A stretch of DNA of 59,924 bases, filler included, from Platydemus manokwari (taxonomy: Eukaryota): the NCBI GenBank assembly GCA_037951405.1. It is 5 parts of 5 records of this genome, joined end to end, with 100 filler letters (N's around TTAATTAATTAA, not from the genome) between each part and the next. Parts side by side here need not be neighbours in the genome. Positions count along the whole stretch, not along the records: positions 1 to 12,008 come from JBBMOY010352224.1; positions 12,109 to 22,670 come from JBBMOY011123997.1; 3 more parts are not named here. One strand, written 5' to 3'. Shown here in pieces: positions 1-12,123 of this stretch. The position numbers were made by a program, and so were the translations under genes. The notes below the pieces were generated by a model. That model ran no database searches. It was given only the letters and a program-made list of their open reading frames with translations, and had not been told where the DNA came from. The number at the start of each line of letters is the position of its first letter. Position 1 is the first letter of the stretch.

Positions 1-75
1 TATCATAGTTTTGGCCCTCCAAATTTTAAAAAATCAGCAATGTGGCCCTTTGCTGAAAAAGTTTGGAGACCCCTG
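1..75. mobile_element. End of a hAT/Charlie-like DNA transposon or MITE, cut by the window start
   Basis: Ends ...AAAAAGTTTGGAGACCCCTG at 75 (reverse complement CAGGGGTCTCCAAACTTTTT), the typical hAT-Charlie terminus. There are two subterminal TGGCCCT motifs. The next 8 bp, ATTTAAAC, fit the nTnTAnAn target-site pattern. Confidence 0.7.
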
Positions 76-3000
76 ATTTAAACAGTTCGAAAATTCAAAA
101 CTTAAAACAACCAGGTATGTCCATTATGTTGAATTGTAATAATATAAATGTGATTTTGATAATTAATTAGAAATTGTGATTTTTTTTAATAAAGTTTAGA
201 GTTTCTTATAAAAACCAGTAAAATGTTTAAATAATTTATCTAATGGATTCTAAAACATAAATTGATACTTTTTATGTGTTTTATTTTCTCAAATCATGTA
301 AATAAATATGGAATTAAATCGTATATAATATCATTTTATCTGGAATTTAATGTTAGAGATTGAATAGGCAGAAATTGTTATTTTTAAATGCTTTCGCTTG
401 ACAGGTTATGAGGGGAGTTTCGTAATAATTTTTTATATGAATAACTCGGCTATTAAATTCCATCTTCATTGAAATACTTATTTAATTAATCTTAATTAAT
501 TAAATTTTAATTAGATTTTTCCATCTCATTTGAATATTTTTCCAAATTATTATTTCGATATTATCCATAAAGAAGTTCAGCAAAGAACCAAATAATTAGT
601 ACACAGCATTTTCCTAAAATTCTGCCAACAAAGAATTCAATTGGAATTCATGATTTGATCAGATAGCATTAAAAATATTCATTAAAATTAACAAAAGAAT
701 TAACAGACAAATATATGTTGGAATATTCTAGCGTTAAACATTGAAAAATAATTTTAATTTTTGAAGTGAATATCCAATGATTAACATAGAACGAGTTAAA
801 ATATAAAATCGTGATTATAATATAATAAATAGTTAATTTCGAAATGGTTTTAAATAAATATTCAAAAAATTAATAATAAATCAATAAATCAATTCATATT
901 TATCACATTTAAATATTTTTTGAAAATATTAAATCGGTAAAATGTTTTCAGCAATTCTGTTGGTATGAGTCTCACTTGATATCATGGAATCAGGATCAGT
1001 ATTGAGCCCATTGATGAAATGTATTAAATTATTTATATCTCGACTCGAAATCTATAATGAATTGCAGTTATTGTCTATTTTGAAATTACTTACAAATGAT
1101 CTGTTTAATATGATATCGCAGGGATTTTCTATGATTGGATTTAGTAAAACTTATTATAATTCTGAAGGTTTTGTTATATTTAGGTTGAGATAGTCCAATA
1201 ATTTACAGATTTATTTATTAATATATTAATAACCTGACTCCGGTAGGTATTGTTGAATAATCTGTTTATCATATTTGATAATAATAGAAACAATCTAAAC
1301 AAAATCGATTCCAATTATCAAAATTACCAACAGGTTTTAGTTCAACTCAATTATCACTTTATAATAACTATTGTTACATTGTTATATGCTGCTTGAAAAC
1401 AACAATTGACAGAATTTATCTTTAATAGTGTCCGTATAAACAATAAAAGTGGGATATGTGATATTTGTGATCAACTAATGATTTTAATAAAATAGTTCCA
1501 AAGTTTAAGAATGTATTTGCCCAATCTCGAAATATGTTGTGATGATTTGGAAATAATATACTGTGGCAATTTATGTGGAGAGATCGATGTGCTCTTTTTG
1601 TCGTGATATTAACTCTGGAATGTGTTACAAAGCCTAGAATTATAATAAATTTCTCAATAGGTGGTATGTATTTGTAATTTTTGAAAAATACAGGCCATTA
1701 AATTTATATGTACCAGGTTTTGTATCTATTGCTGGTTTTAATTTTGACTTGTTTTGAATTCATATTGGTCTGCCTTTGTCACTGTTTACTTTAATTGATT
1801 CTATTATTTGCTTTATTACGTGGCTTTATGTTTAAAGGCTTAAAATAGTTTTCTGTGTATGGTTCATTCTGGTTTGCAAGGATTCTTTTGAATTAAAGAT
1901 TTGGATATATTTCTGTGTGAACTTATTGTGCTTTTTGTTTTTTGTTTAAAGGGTTTTATTTATTTCCTAGTTTGTTTACTTCTGATATTCTATGTAATTG
2001 AGTTTAATTCAATTTAATATTTCTATATTTTCCATTGATTTTTTGGATTGATTATTGGGATCTTTGATTATTGGAATTCATCATTTGACAAATGTATTTT
2101 TCAAAATGTATTTGGTTATTATTTTATATTTTATGTTATGTGATGCATACGTATCTGGCCTTTGTAATATGTTAGTATTGAGTATGTGGAAATCCAGGGT
2201 AACTGCAAAAATATCAAAGCGAAAAACAAGAATTAAAACCATAACACACAATTGAATGAAACACTTTGCTGGCAGGTAATTATTGAATGCTGATTGGAAC
2301 TTCATCTTTTGTCAATACATATAAGCAAAATTTTACAGGAATCCCAATGCACCAATGGGAAATAGAAACCATGTATTTGCCAATCAAAATGGCGGAATAG
2401 AGATAGAAAAATAAAATTCACCAGTCTTTCCGATTGTTGAATTTAAACTTTCCTTTGATATTTGGAGTGCTGAATCACCCTGTCTGATTTGTTCTTATTT
2501 TTAAAATCTGTTTGACCCTGTGTACTTTATTTGGTGTACGATTGTGATTCATTATATTTCGTTATTGTAATTGTGTTTTATTATTTATAACATTAAAATA
2601 ATTCCAAATCTTCACTCTTAAAACTCTCGCAAAACTCTAATAAGTGCTGAAAAATTTTAAATATCGTTATTTATTAAGTTTACAAACTGAGAATCAACAG
2701 GTCTGGAAACCTGAATATTATAGAAGTTGAAAACAAGGTCAGATTATCATATCGGAACGACACCCCAAGTCGCAATGTAAGATGTAACAATTTAAAGAAA
2801 AAACGCTTGATAAACTCACAATTTCAATTGATAGCATTGGAATCACGAGTGATATCTCAATAGTTAGCTATAAATAGTTCAGATGCCACGTAATTCAGAA
2901 CACATTGTGTTTAACTGTGAAGATCAATTGCTATAATATAACTGTAAAAAATAGAATCAAACAATATGCTTTGAGTTTCATATTTTATTGATAAGATCGT

Positions 3001-3149
3001 TTCGTTGTTAAATTCAGTTGGGCCTTTATTTTGCGGAACTTATGTGTATTGTAAAAAAATATTGTAATGTTCGGCAATCTTGACCGCATGTGTAAATATA
3101 AATTTGTAGGAATTATTTTGCGAATTCTGTACACAGTAGAGTTTTATCC

Positions 3150-3280
3150 AATAACTATTATATATCAGTTATTGAGCATTCACATTGCAGGACACTATGG
3201 ATTGTTATGGACGAAGCAAAGTGCACAAGCATGGTTTGTTGGAATTAAGTATCAACATGGTCGCAATCCGTGTATAAATC
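3150..3280 (+). mobile_element. Possible Ty3/Gypsy integrase zinc-binding (H2C2) remnant
   Basis: ORF 3067..3339 contains LLSIHIAGHYGLLWTKQSAQAWFVGI, which resembles the H-x-GH-x-G-xxx-TK...WWPG signature. The rest is degenerate. Confidence 0.35.
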
Positions 3281-4338
3281 TGAGTTATTCAAAACAATTT
3301 CCAAAAATTCAAAACAATCTAGTTTGGGATTCAAGATAATTTAAATACTAAGGAGTATAACTCAATATTACCAATTTATTTACCATAATTGTAAGGGTTA
3401 AGTACGAGGAATTTTGAACCAATCAAGATCAACTTCAAATCAATTGCGCTATCCGATTCTCCGTGATCATGAAGCCATTTTAACTTTCGATTTAAACCTA
3501 GCTTATTTATAATAGTTCCATACTAAAATTGAGATTCTTACTCTCAACAAACATAGAATAAAATTTTATTCGAAATGGAAACGGATTAGAAATTTATTAC
3601 TGCCAAGAGTAAGATTTTTCCACTTCTCCACCAAAACTAATGGCTACCCTCCTTAGAATACACACATTTCTATCATGCTGATTCAAAATCAAAGTTAACT
3701 ACTATCTACCAGACTAACAAAATCTAGTTCTGATGTTTCTGGTAGTCCAATTTATTACTGAATCTCAGCTTTTTTAAAATCGTAAATAATGTTACAATGT
3801 TATCAATGTATTGGTAAAAGGGAGATCATTAATGGATTTTTATTAGATATTTATACTCTGTTATAAGAAGTCTAGACTTTATTTTTTCCCATATTAATAC
3901 TTTTTTGTTTGTTCAAGTTGTTTCGGTTTCTAATAGCGTCACCATAGTGATTAGTGATTGAAAAATAATATGAAGTTGTGTTCGTAGCCATCATTTAATG
4001 AATTTATCGACCAAATTCTCAACATGATCATATTGATAATGATATTCATAACACAATCAATATGAATGTGAGGTTTAATAATGATGTTCTAATTATTCAA
4101 TATTAAAAATCAATTTTAAAAATCAAATTTAAAAAAATTTTGAGATGTTTTTTCGATTAATTTGCTTCACGAGATCCTTATTGTTTTCAAAAGATCAATT
4201 TCCATAAATTTTCCCAATACGACATGATTTTTATTGGATGTAACGAAAACTAATAATTTCCAAGTAAAACTATTTGTTTAAATGGCATCGAAGCTATATT
4301 TAATCGTATCATTTCAAGGTTTAAAATTATTTTGTTCG

Positions 4339-6226
4339 ATGAGCGATTTATTGAATTCGACTAATGGTGTTTTGCTTCCAGTACAAATTCTGCTTATCAA
4401 TTATATAGTAATATTAAATTTGATACTAGATTGATGAAACAGAAGGGTTTCTAACGGATCGATCGATTCTAGAAAAGTTGAAAAATGGCAGCATTCAGAG
4501 TAAGAATTTGGAACGAATTCTTCTTGACTGTTCTAGAGCGGTTGAAATTAGACGGAAATATTATAAGTCTTTATACCCCATTGCTGATCGTGTAATGGAT
4601 GGTATACCAAGCGAACATTACGACTATGATCACATTTTAGGACAGTGTTGTGAAGAAGTTAATTGAACCAGATTAAGGTTATCATTTAAATAATATTAAT
4701 AGGTTATCGGTTATATTTCAATACCGATTGGACTTGCATCACCGATTTTGGTTGACGGTGATTTACATCTAGTTCCGATGGCTACTACTGAGGGTTGTTT
4801 AATCGCTAGTACCATTCGTGGTGCTAAAGCCACTTATGAATCTGGTGGAATCAAAACGATTATATATGACAATAAAATGACTCGAGCACCAGTGGTAAAA
4901 TTCAATTCAATAAAACGAGTTCAGGAATGTATGGAATGGATAAAGAGTGATATCGGTTTTAAGTTGATCAAAACGTACTTCGATAAAACGACTCGTTATG
5001 GATCACTCTTATCCATTAATTCATTTCCAGTAAATTGTTTTTACGAATATTTTTGCGGTATTCATTGATTTCGATTGATCCAACAATAGAGCGGTCGAAA
5101 GCTTCATTTGAGATTTGCTGCGAGTACAGGAAATGCGATGGGAATGAATATCTTATCTCAAGGTGTTGAATCCAGTATCAGATTGTTAAAGGAAGAATTT
5201 CCAGATATGACTGTAGGGCTGATATTGATTTAATTAGTTCGTAATTATTGATATGGTCACCACATAGCTTTTGAGTATCAGCGGCAATATGTGTAGCGAT
5301 AAGAAAGGCGCATCAATCAACTGGATTCTCGGTCGGGGGAAATCCGTGATAGCCGAATGTCTGATTTCTCACCGAATCGTTGAGAACGTCCTGAAAACCG
5401 ATGCTTTCAGTTTGGAGAAACTGTGCTTGGCGAAAAACTTCTCCGGTTCGGCGATGGCTGGAATGGCTACAGGAGGATTCAACGCACATGCTGCCAATGT
5501 CGTGTCAGCTATTTTCGCTGCCACTGGACAGGATTTGGCACAGGTTGAATATTAATCATTGAATAGATATTTGGCTCCGACGTAAATGATTGTTTTAATG
5601 AATATGTTAATATTGTTATATCCTATAACGAGTTGACATTGATCAGGTAAACATCGATTTTTGATAAACAAATATTTCATTTCTCATGAAATTCGGATGA
5701 CCCTTTAATGTTTCGCTTAGATGATTTGAGATATCGATAATAATATTTATTAATTATATATAATTATATATAATATTTATTATAATTATTATTGTTTATA
5801 ATTTATAATGATAATACTAGTAGTTTGTATTTGTGTTAATAATAGTTATTATATTAATTATATATTAATATCTGAATTATATATTTTTCAATAATAATTC
5901 AGGTTGTCGAATCTAGTTCCTGCATTACGGAATTCGAAGCCATTGAATGTCCAAAGAATCCTGCAAAATTGGACCTTTTAATAACTTGTACCATGCCAAG
6001 TTTGGAAGTCGGAACAATTGGAGGAGGCACTAAATTAGAAGAACAAAGAGCCTGTTTAAATCTTATAAATTTACAATCCGAAAAGCCTGCCGAACAATTC
6101 GCCCGAGTGATATGTGCTACCGTTTTGTGTGCTGAGCTCAGTTTGATGGCTGCTCTGCAGACGAATGAACTGGTTAAATCCCATTTGTTACTCAACAGAG
6201 CAAGTCATCGAAATAGTATTTTTTGA
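4339..6226 (+). CDS. HMGCR: Class I HMG-CoA reductase, ~439 aa, catalytic domain only; 6 exons: 4339-4380, 4430-4657, 4703-5029, 5090-5212, 5268-5543, 5903-6226
   Basis: The spliced frame gives [17 protein letters not shown] (catalytic Glu), [24 protein letters not shown] (catalytic Lys), [25 protein letters not shown] (catalytic Asp), EVGTIGGGT and LVKSH (catalytic His). All introns are GT-AG and phase 0. The start codon is the least certain part (alternative in-frame ATG at 4282). Confidence 0.95.
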
Positions 6227-9200
6227 GATGTTGACCATTACCGAATTGTTTTATACTGATTAGTTCATTGATTAATTCCTAGTTTATTGATGTGCGATAA
6301 TGTGTATGTGATGTGATAAATATGTTTGTCGGTTTTTGTGGATTTCTTTCAACAATGTTCATCACCAGAAATATAATTAAATGATTATTGATTGATATAT
6401 TTATATCGTAAACCCATTCTGGAATTACGGATCCTGTTTGAATTATATCAGAAAATAAACGTGTTTTAATAACTGTTATTGGAAATTTTCGTACTAATAT
6501 AGTCAGACATTCAAAACTTGATCTAAGTACTTGGAACGATCCGCTTGTCTATGGAATTGAAACAATACTCTAGCTTCTATATAATATCAATTTTCATCGT
6601 TATATTCAGTTGAGATTTCCATGAACATAAATTGTTTTATTAAGCTATACAGTAACGCAATACTGTTCTCGTCTAACAATCGTTGACTTTCGAAACAAAA
6701 TTATGAAGAATAGAATTCCTAATCTACAACATTTATCAGGAATCAGTTAGATTCTTTTATAAGATTTATATATAAATAATATAATCCTTTAATTATAAAC
6801 TACTATGATTTCATTAGATTTGAACTATGGTACCTCACTGTCAACGAAATTAATCGTCTGATTTGAAAACGTGTTTTGTAATTGTTTCATGTCCGAAATT
6901 TGGCATTGTCTATTTTTGAGTTATCTCAGCAAGATGACAAATCATTTTATCAGTTTATGACCGTGAACTAGGTTATAGCCTTAGTGCTTGCAATCTCAAA
7001 TCAATTAATCAATATAACTATATAAGTGTGTCTGTTTGGGACTGTGACACTGAAAATAAATAAGCAAGCTAATAAGACATCGAAAACTCTACCTGTGAGC
7101 ACGATTCTGTGTACTAAAAAGTTTTCGATAATAGCTTATGGTATTAACCAAGATAGAAGAATTTAAATCATTGGAGATTACAAATATTTGGTATTTTCGT
7201 TGAGTGCCACGAGGTAATTAGTAAAACAATTATAACCAAAATGATGTACAATAACATAATCATATGAAATTCTTTGTATATTTCGAAAAGAAGTCGATCA
7301 ATAATTATCGGCCTATTATTGAATACATGCACTTTTCTTGATGCCTGGAAATTTAAATTATATAAACTATCTGGAAGAATGAACTTTGATTCTATGTCAA
7401 TATAAAGGGCCTCATGAACAAGCATTTCTTAAACATGGATATTGCCTACGTCACGTTGATTAAGAAATGGTGTCGGGAATTATTTTATGTTTTATCCCGG
7501 CTAAACTAGTTCCAAATGTTTCTAGGCTTGTGGTTTTATATTTTCTTTGGAACTCATATTTTACGATTAAATATTAAATGACTATGAAAGGACACTAAAG
7601 CACCGAATCAGTTGTTAGTAGTAGCTACCTCGTTTATATTTAACATTCAATGGAACAATTCATTTATAAGATTTTCGTAAATTATTTATTGATAGAAACA
7701 AACAAAATACTTTTTAAACTAATTAAAAATCTTTAATAGAGACCTTTCATTGCTAATCTTAATTAATTGCTAATGAATATTTAAATATATTTATATTATT
7801 TAAAATTACTTAATTTTAAATTTTTTAATAATTTAATAATTTTTTTTAGAAATTTTTCGTAATTACTATTAAATATCTAAAATTATTATTTTAAATTTTT
7901 GAAATTAAATTATTATTAAATTATTCGGGAATTTGTTCCTTTAAATTTTCCTCAAACAGGTGATTATATAAAATAAATAGTTAATTTAATCAAAATTCAA
8001 ACTTGATATGGTATATAGAGAAACAAATGTCTTGACAATGTTAAGGGTTTCTCAACGAATGTTGATACAACATATTAAGCAATGAAAACCAATTATATTT
8101 GTTATAACATTAATATTTTTCACATAATCGAGCATAAAATTTCAATGATCTTGTGTTGTTTACAAACGTCTTCCTCCTCTCTAAATTAACATTAATTTTA
8201 TTACTCAACTAAACTCTGTTTGCCATTGAAAATGATACTCATGTGAAGTGGTCTTTTATCAGATTTTGGGCTAAAAATTGATCATGTAGCAAGGAATGAT
8301 TTACTAATGATTAGAATGTTAATTATAGTGATTTATCGAGGAATTCTTGAATAATTATATCGTTCACAATTTAGCAACAATTAGTTTTGTAAGAGGTCTT
8401 ACTATTATCGATTCATGATAATAATTTCTGACTATTTATTTGTATCAAATATTATTTAAGTACTGTTCAAGTCGTTTTATCACTTCAATTTTAATTTGTT
8501 TTTCAAGCTGTTGTGCTACTGCTCATAGAAAACATTTTATTTTTTCAATTTTTTATTGATTAATTTTAATTTTTTTATTTTCACCATACTTATTATTTTT
8601 GTTATTATTCGAATGCATTTGTTTTTCTCACATAGACCTCATTATTCAAAGCAATATAACCACTGATTATACAATAATTTTCAACAATTTTCCATGGGAT
8701 TATTAATAAAGTAAATGATTTGATTCAGAGATAGTGAGATCTGTAAATAATCGAAAAACAGATTTTATCAAATGTATAGCAAGTATTTTGATGAAAATGA
8801 GTGTTCCACTAATGTGTAGAAATGATCGATTATGCTCTATTGATTAATCTTGTTCTGAGTTGTTAGATATTAACTAGCTCTGAAATTTTGAAAAGTTTTT
8901 ATTTGAATTACGAAAAATTACGGGCTCAACATGTCAGTAGATAAAATTGAAATCATATTACAACACGATAATGAATTATCACTCAAGACATGGCAAGCAC
9001 ACGAAAGTTGAATACAGAAGAGAAGACAATCAAGATAACTGGCTGTCAGAAAAAAATCACACAAGAGTCACAGGGCTGAATGAAGGTTACTGAACAAACA
9101 GATTAGAATTTATTGTCAAAATGGGCTCTATTTACAATGTTCCTGCACATATTATTGATTCATTTAAACAAAATGTTCGTGAATATTCTATTAGTTTTTA

Positions 9201-11475
9201 TATTATGATTTAAGTAAATTATTAATGATTTCAAGAATATTTCTAAGCATTTTTATTTCGAATTTTATAATTATTTCTTTAAAAGTTTATTTCCTACATA
9301 CTCGACACAATTATTGTGTAAAACCTGCATAATTTTTTATACTTTCTTTTTATTTATTTCGTTTTATATCAAAAGCAGGAAGATCTTAATAATATTTCAT
9401 TTTGAATACCACTTTTTATTTTTAATTTTAATTTTTATAAATATAATTAACTTCTATTTTGCTACTGAATGTCAAACTGGAATAAATATACTTAAATTAG
9501 TTTATCAAAACAAAATGGCTGAAATTAATAAAGCGTAATAAACTCATATTATGTATGAAGATTTTAAAATTAATTAAAAGTACATACTTAGTATTGTAAT
9601 TATCGATTTCCGGCACAATTATTGTGCCTACCTGGTGCAGAAGGCAACTACTCGCTGAATCGTGAAATAAGTCAACAAGCATGTTCACTAAAAATGCTTT
9701 AGCCACCAATTTACAACTTTATAAAATTTGATCGCACAAGAGCCTAGCTTCTAACAAAAGATCATTTAGCTGGAAGCGGAACTAGTAAGCAGAAGAATTT
9801 GGGTTACTGGCCTAGGAACCACTCCTGTCTACACAAATACTATTGCAAATTCTTCAACACTACTTTACTGAGTTACAGTTCCTTGAGACTGAAATTAATT
9901 CGATTTATTTTGTTCCATTATAGGAACAAAGTTGCACAACTCTCATCCAATTTTGGTGATTATTCAAACTTCGACAATATAAAAATTCCGTTAGATTGTT
10001 TTATTCATGGTTTCTCTTCTGTTCTGACCCATGAATTCTGCAGTCTAAGGGTAAATCAAATAATTTTAATGTTTTATCTTATTAAATACTGCAATCAGTC
10101 TATTTCGCTTGATCACGAAATTCTGCTTATAAAAATCTTAATCGAATTGCTATGATATTTATAACGATTAATTACCCTAGGTGCATTAAAAAGGCATTTA
10201 TAGATTTATTATTATCACAGTAAATTTATTGTTTAAATTGATAATGAGCGATAACTCGTAACATTAATATTATCTTTTAATTAATAATAAATACTGGGAA
10301 TTTCCAAATAAATTACTCATTTCGGGTACGCAACTTCCTTTTAAAATAAATAATTTGGTTTCTTGTTTGTCGTTAAAAAAATATGATTTTGTCAGGATTG
10401 TGTTAAGTTAACTGGGTATGTTTCTGGGCACTTTTCCATGTCTATCAGAGAATATTTCTTTCCCAACAGTTACACCCACTTATTTACCAGTCTACACCTC
10501 TTATCACACTCATTACATTCGTTAGGAATAATGCTTGGGTGTTTTGTGTTGGAAATTTTATTCTTGTTTTTCTTTTAGTACTCTGTATGCTTGCATTGTC
10601 CAAAGTGTTGTTTTGAATGCATCTATACACTAACAAATTAAAGGAACACTTTAATAATAAGAGCCTTGTTCTTTAGGAGCTCATCACTGCTTAATGTCCA
10701 ATAAAAACAAGAATTGCTTCAAAACTAAACTGCTATTTAATAATTTTGATATTACTAAGCTTAATCCGTCGACGCGCGTTAACATCTCGTGAGATATAAT
10801 ATCGCATTCTAATAAATTGGCACAATCTGTCGTCACTCAAACTAGTGAAGCCACTCGTAGTTTGCATTAAGTCGAGAGATCACCTAGCTTATCGATTCTA
10901 TTTGGTGAGTTTTATGAAAACTGGATTACAGAAATGGTCGCAAAAGTACTTTTTCTGTCGCGTTGATGCTTCAATCGTGCACTTTAACAGAGCGCTTAAA
11001 TTGTATGGCTTTCCTTTTCTTTTTTTTTGAAAGCTGCTACCTATTTTGAGTTTCGAGTTTTATCTTGATACAGCAATGTTCTATTGCGCCTTTATTCTTT
11101 ATCTGAGGCACGTTGATTCGTGACATCTTAATTTTTACGATTTCTCTCGAGGATTACAGGCTAATTAATTTTTAAATAAATTTTTGATATTCTTATTTTC
11201 AGATTTTTATATTTATCATTATTAATCACAATTATTTATAGATCGAATTTTACAAAGTAAAACTTTCAGTATAAAATTGATTTTTTCACTCAAATTGAAT
11301 CAACAAGAATTAAAATGGTTTTGCACATATCTAATCACTACATCACACAATCAATTGTTGTTTAAATTCATCATTAACTAATTTTCAAGGTAAAAACTTT
11401 TTAAATTAACGGATAATTTAGCATAAAGATTCTCATTTGAAAAATAATTATCGATAAAAGTATTATTTTATTAAC

Positions 11476-11863
11476 ATGTATGGAGGGAATTATGAAGAAG
11501 AAGACGCTACAGGAATTTACCAGACCCAGTATCGGTATGTGGTAAGAAGTTGAAGTTTTGGTCAAATTTTTGAAATGATAATTTTATCCCAGACACCGGT
11601 TTTAAACGTCATTGGCTTCATAACTGGAATCATGATATTAGTTTAGTGTTTTGGATTTTTGTTTATATTATTACATTGATTTAGATTTCATTTATCTTGT
11701 CAATAATTCGCGGACACCAAGTAAACTGGGCATATTATTTGCTCAGTACGAATGTTATCAGTAAAAATAATTATATTATCAATGATATAATGATAATAAT
11801 AATATTTTAGTTTCATCTGTTATCGTTGGTATTTTAATATGGTGGTATCACATGGGTGAAATG
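11476..11863 (+). CDS. TMEM243: TMEM243-like small membrane protein, 3'-partial; exons 11476-11541, 11593-11640, 11685-11760, 11811-11863
   Basis: Three 44-51 bp GT-AG introns join into one open frame: MYGGNYEEEDATGIYQTQYRYVTPVLNVIGFITGIMILISFILSIIRGHQVNWAYYLLSTNVIISSVIVGILIWWYHMGEM. It has two hydrophobic helices, and SSVIVGILIWWYHMGEM resembles human TMEM243 SSITACILIYWYRQGDL. A donor GT follows at 11864 and the last exon lies beyond the contig end. Not in the ORF track. Confidence 0.8.
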
Positions 11864-11911
11864 GTAAAAAAAATGTTTCTTTGTTTTAATTAATTAATAT
11901 AATATTTCGGC

Positions 11912-12008
11912 AAAAGTTAAAAAAAGGTCCTAAAATAAAATTTTAAATTTGTTGAGTGTATTGCAAAATTCTATATAGTTTATTTAATTATATTCTTTAA
12001 AAACATTT
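11912..12008 (+). repeat. Dispersed repeat, copy 1 (other copy at ~53723-53820)
   Basis: aaagttaa...ggtcctaaa...tttgttgagtgtattgcaaaa-tctatatagtttatttaatta-attctttaaaaacattt is nearly identical at both positions. Confidence 0.9.
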
Positions 12009-12108
12009 NNNNNNNNNNNNNNNNNNNNNNNNNNNNNNNNNNNNNNNNNNNNTTAATTAATTAANNNNNNNNNNNNNNNNNNNNNNNNNNNNNNNNNNNN
12101 NNNNNNNN
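12009..12108. other. Artificial contig spacer (44N-TTAATTAATTAA-44N)
   Basis: Exactly 100 bp. The palindromic 12-mer gives stop codons in all six frames. Confidence 0.97.
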
Positions 12109-12123
12109 AATATATAATTTTAG

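Noticed and set aside
984-2305. Short hydrophobic ORFs as candidate HMGCR membrane-domain exons
   Set aside because: They are F/I/L-rich simply because of AT content, and no sterol-sensing motif or consistent splice chain was found.
3555-3660. Minus-strand EKWKNLTLGSNKFLIR, resembling Gypsy RNase H
   Set aside because: It is short, frameshifted and on the opposite strand to the integrase-like fragment, so it is too weak to call.
12053-12064. TTAATTAATTAA as a homeodomain site, piggyBac target or CRISPR-like repeat
   Set aside because: It is always centred between exactly 44 Ns on each side and is a six-frame stop linker.
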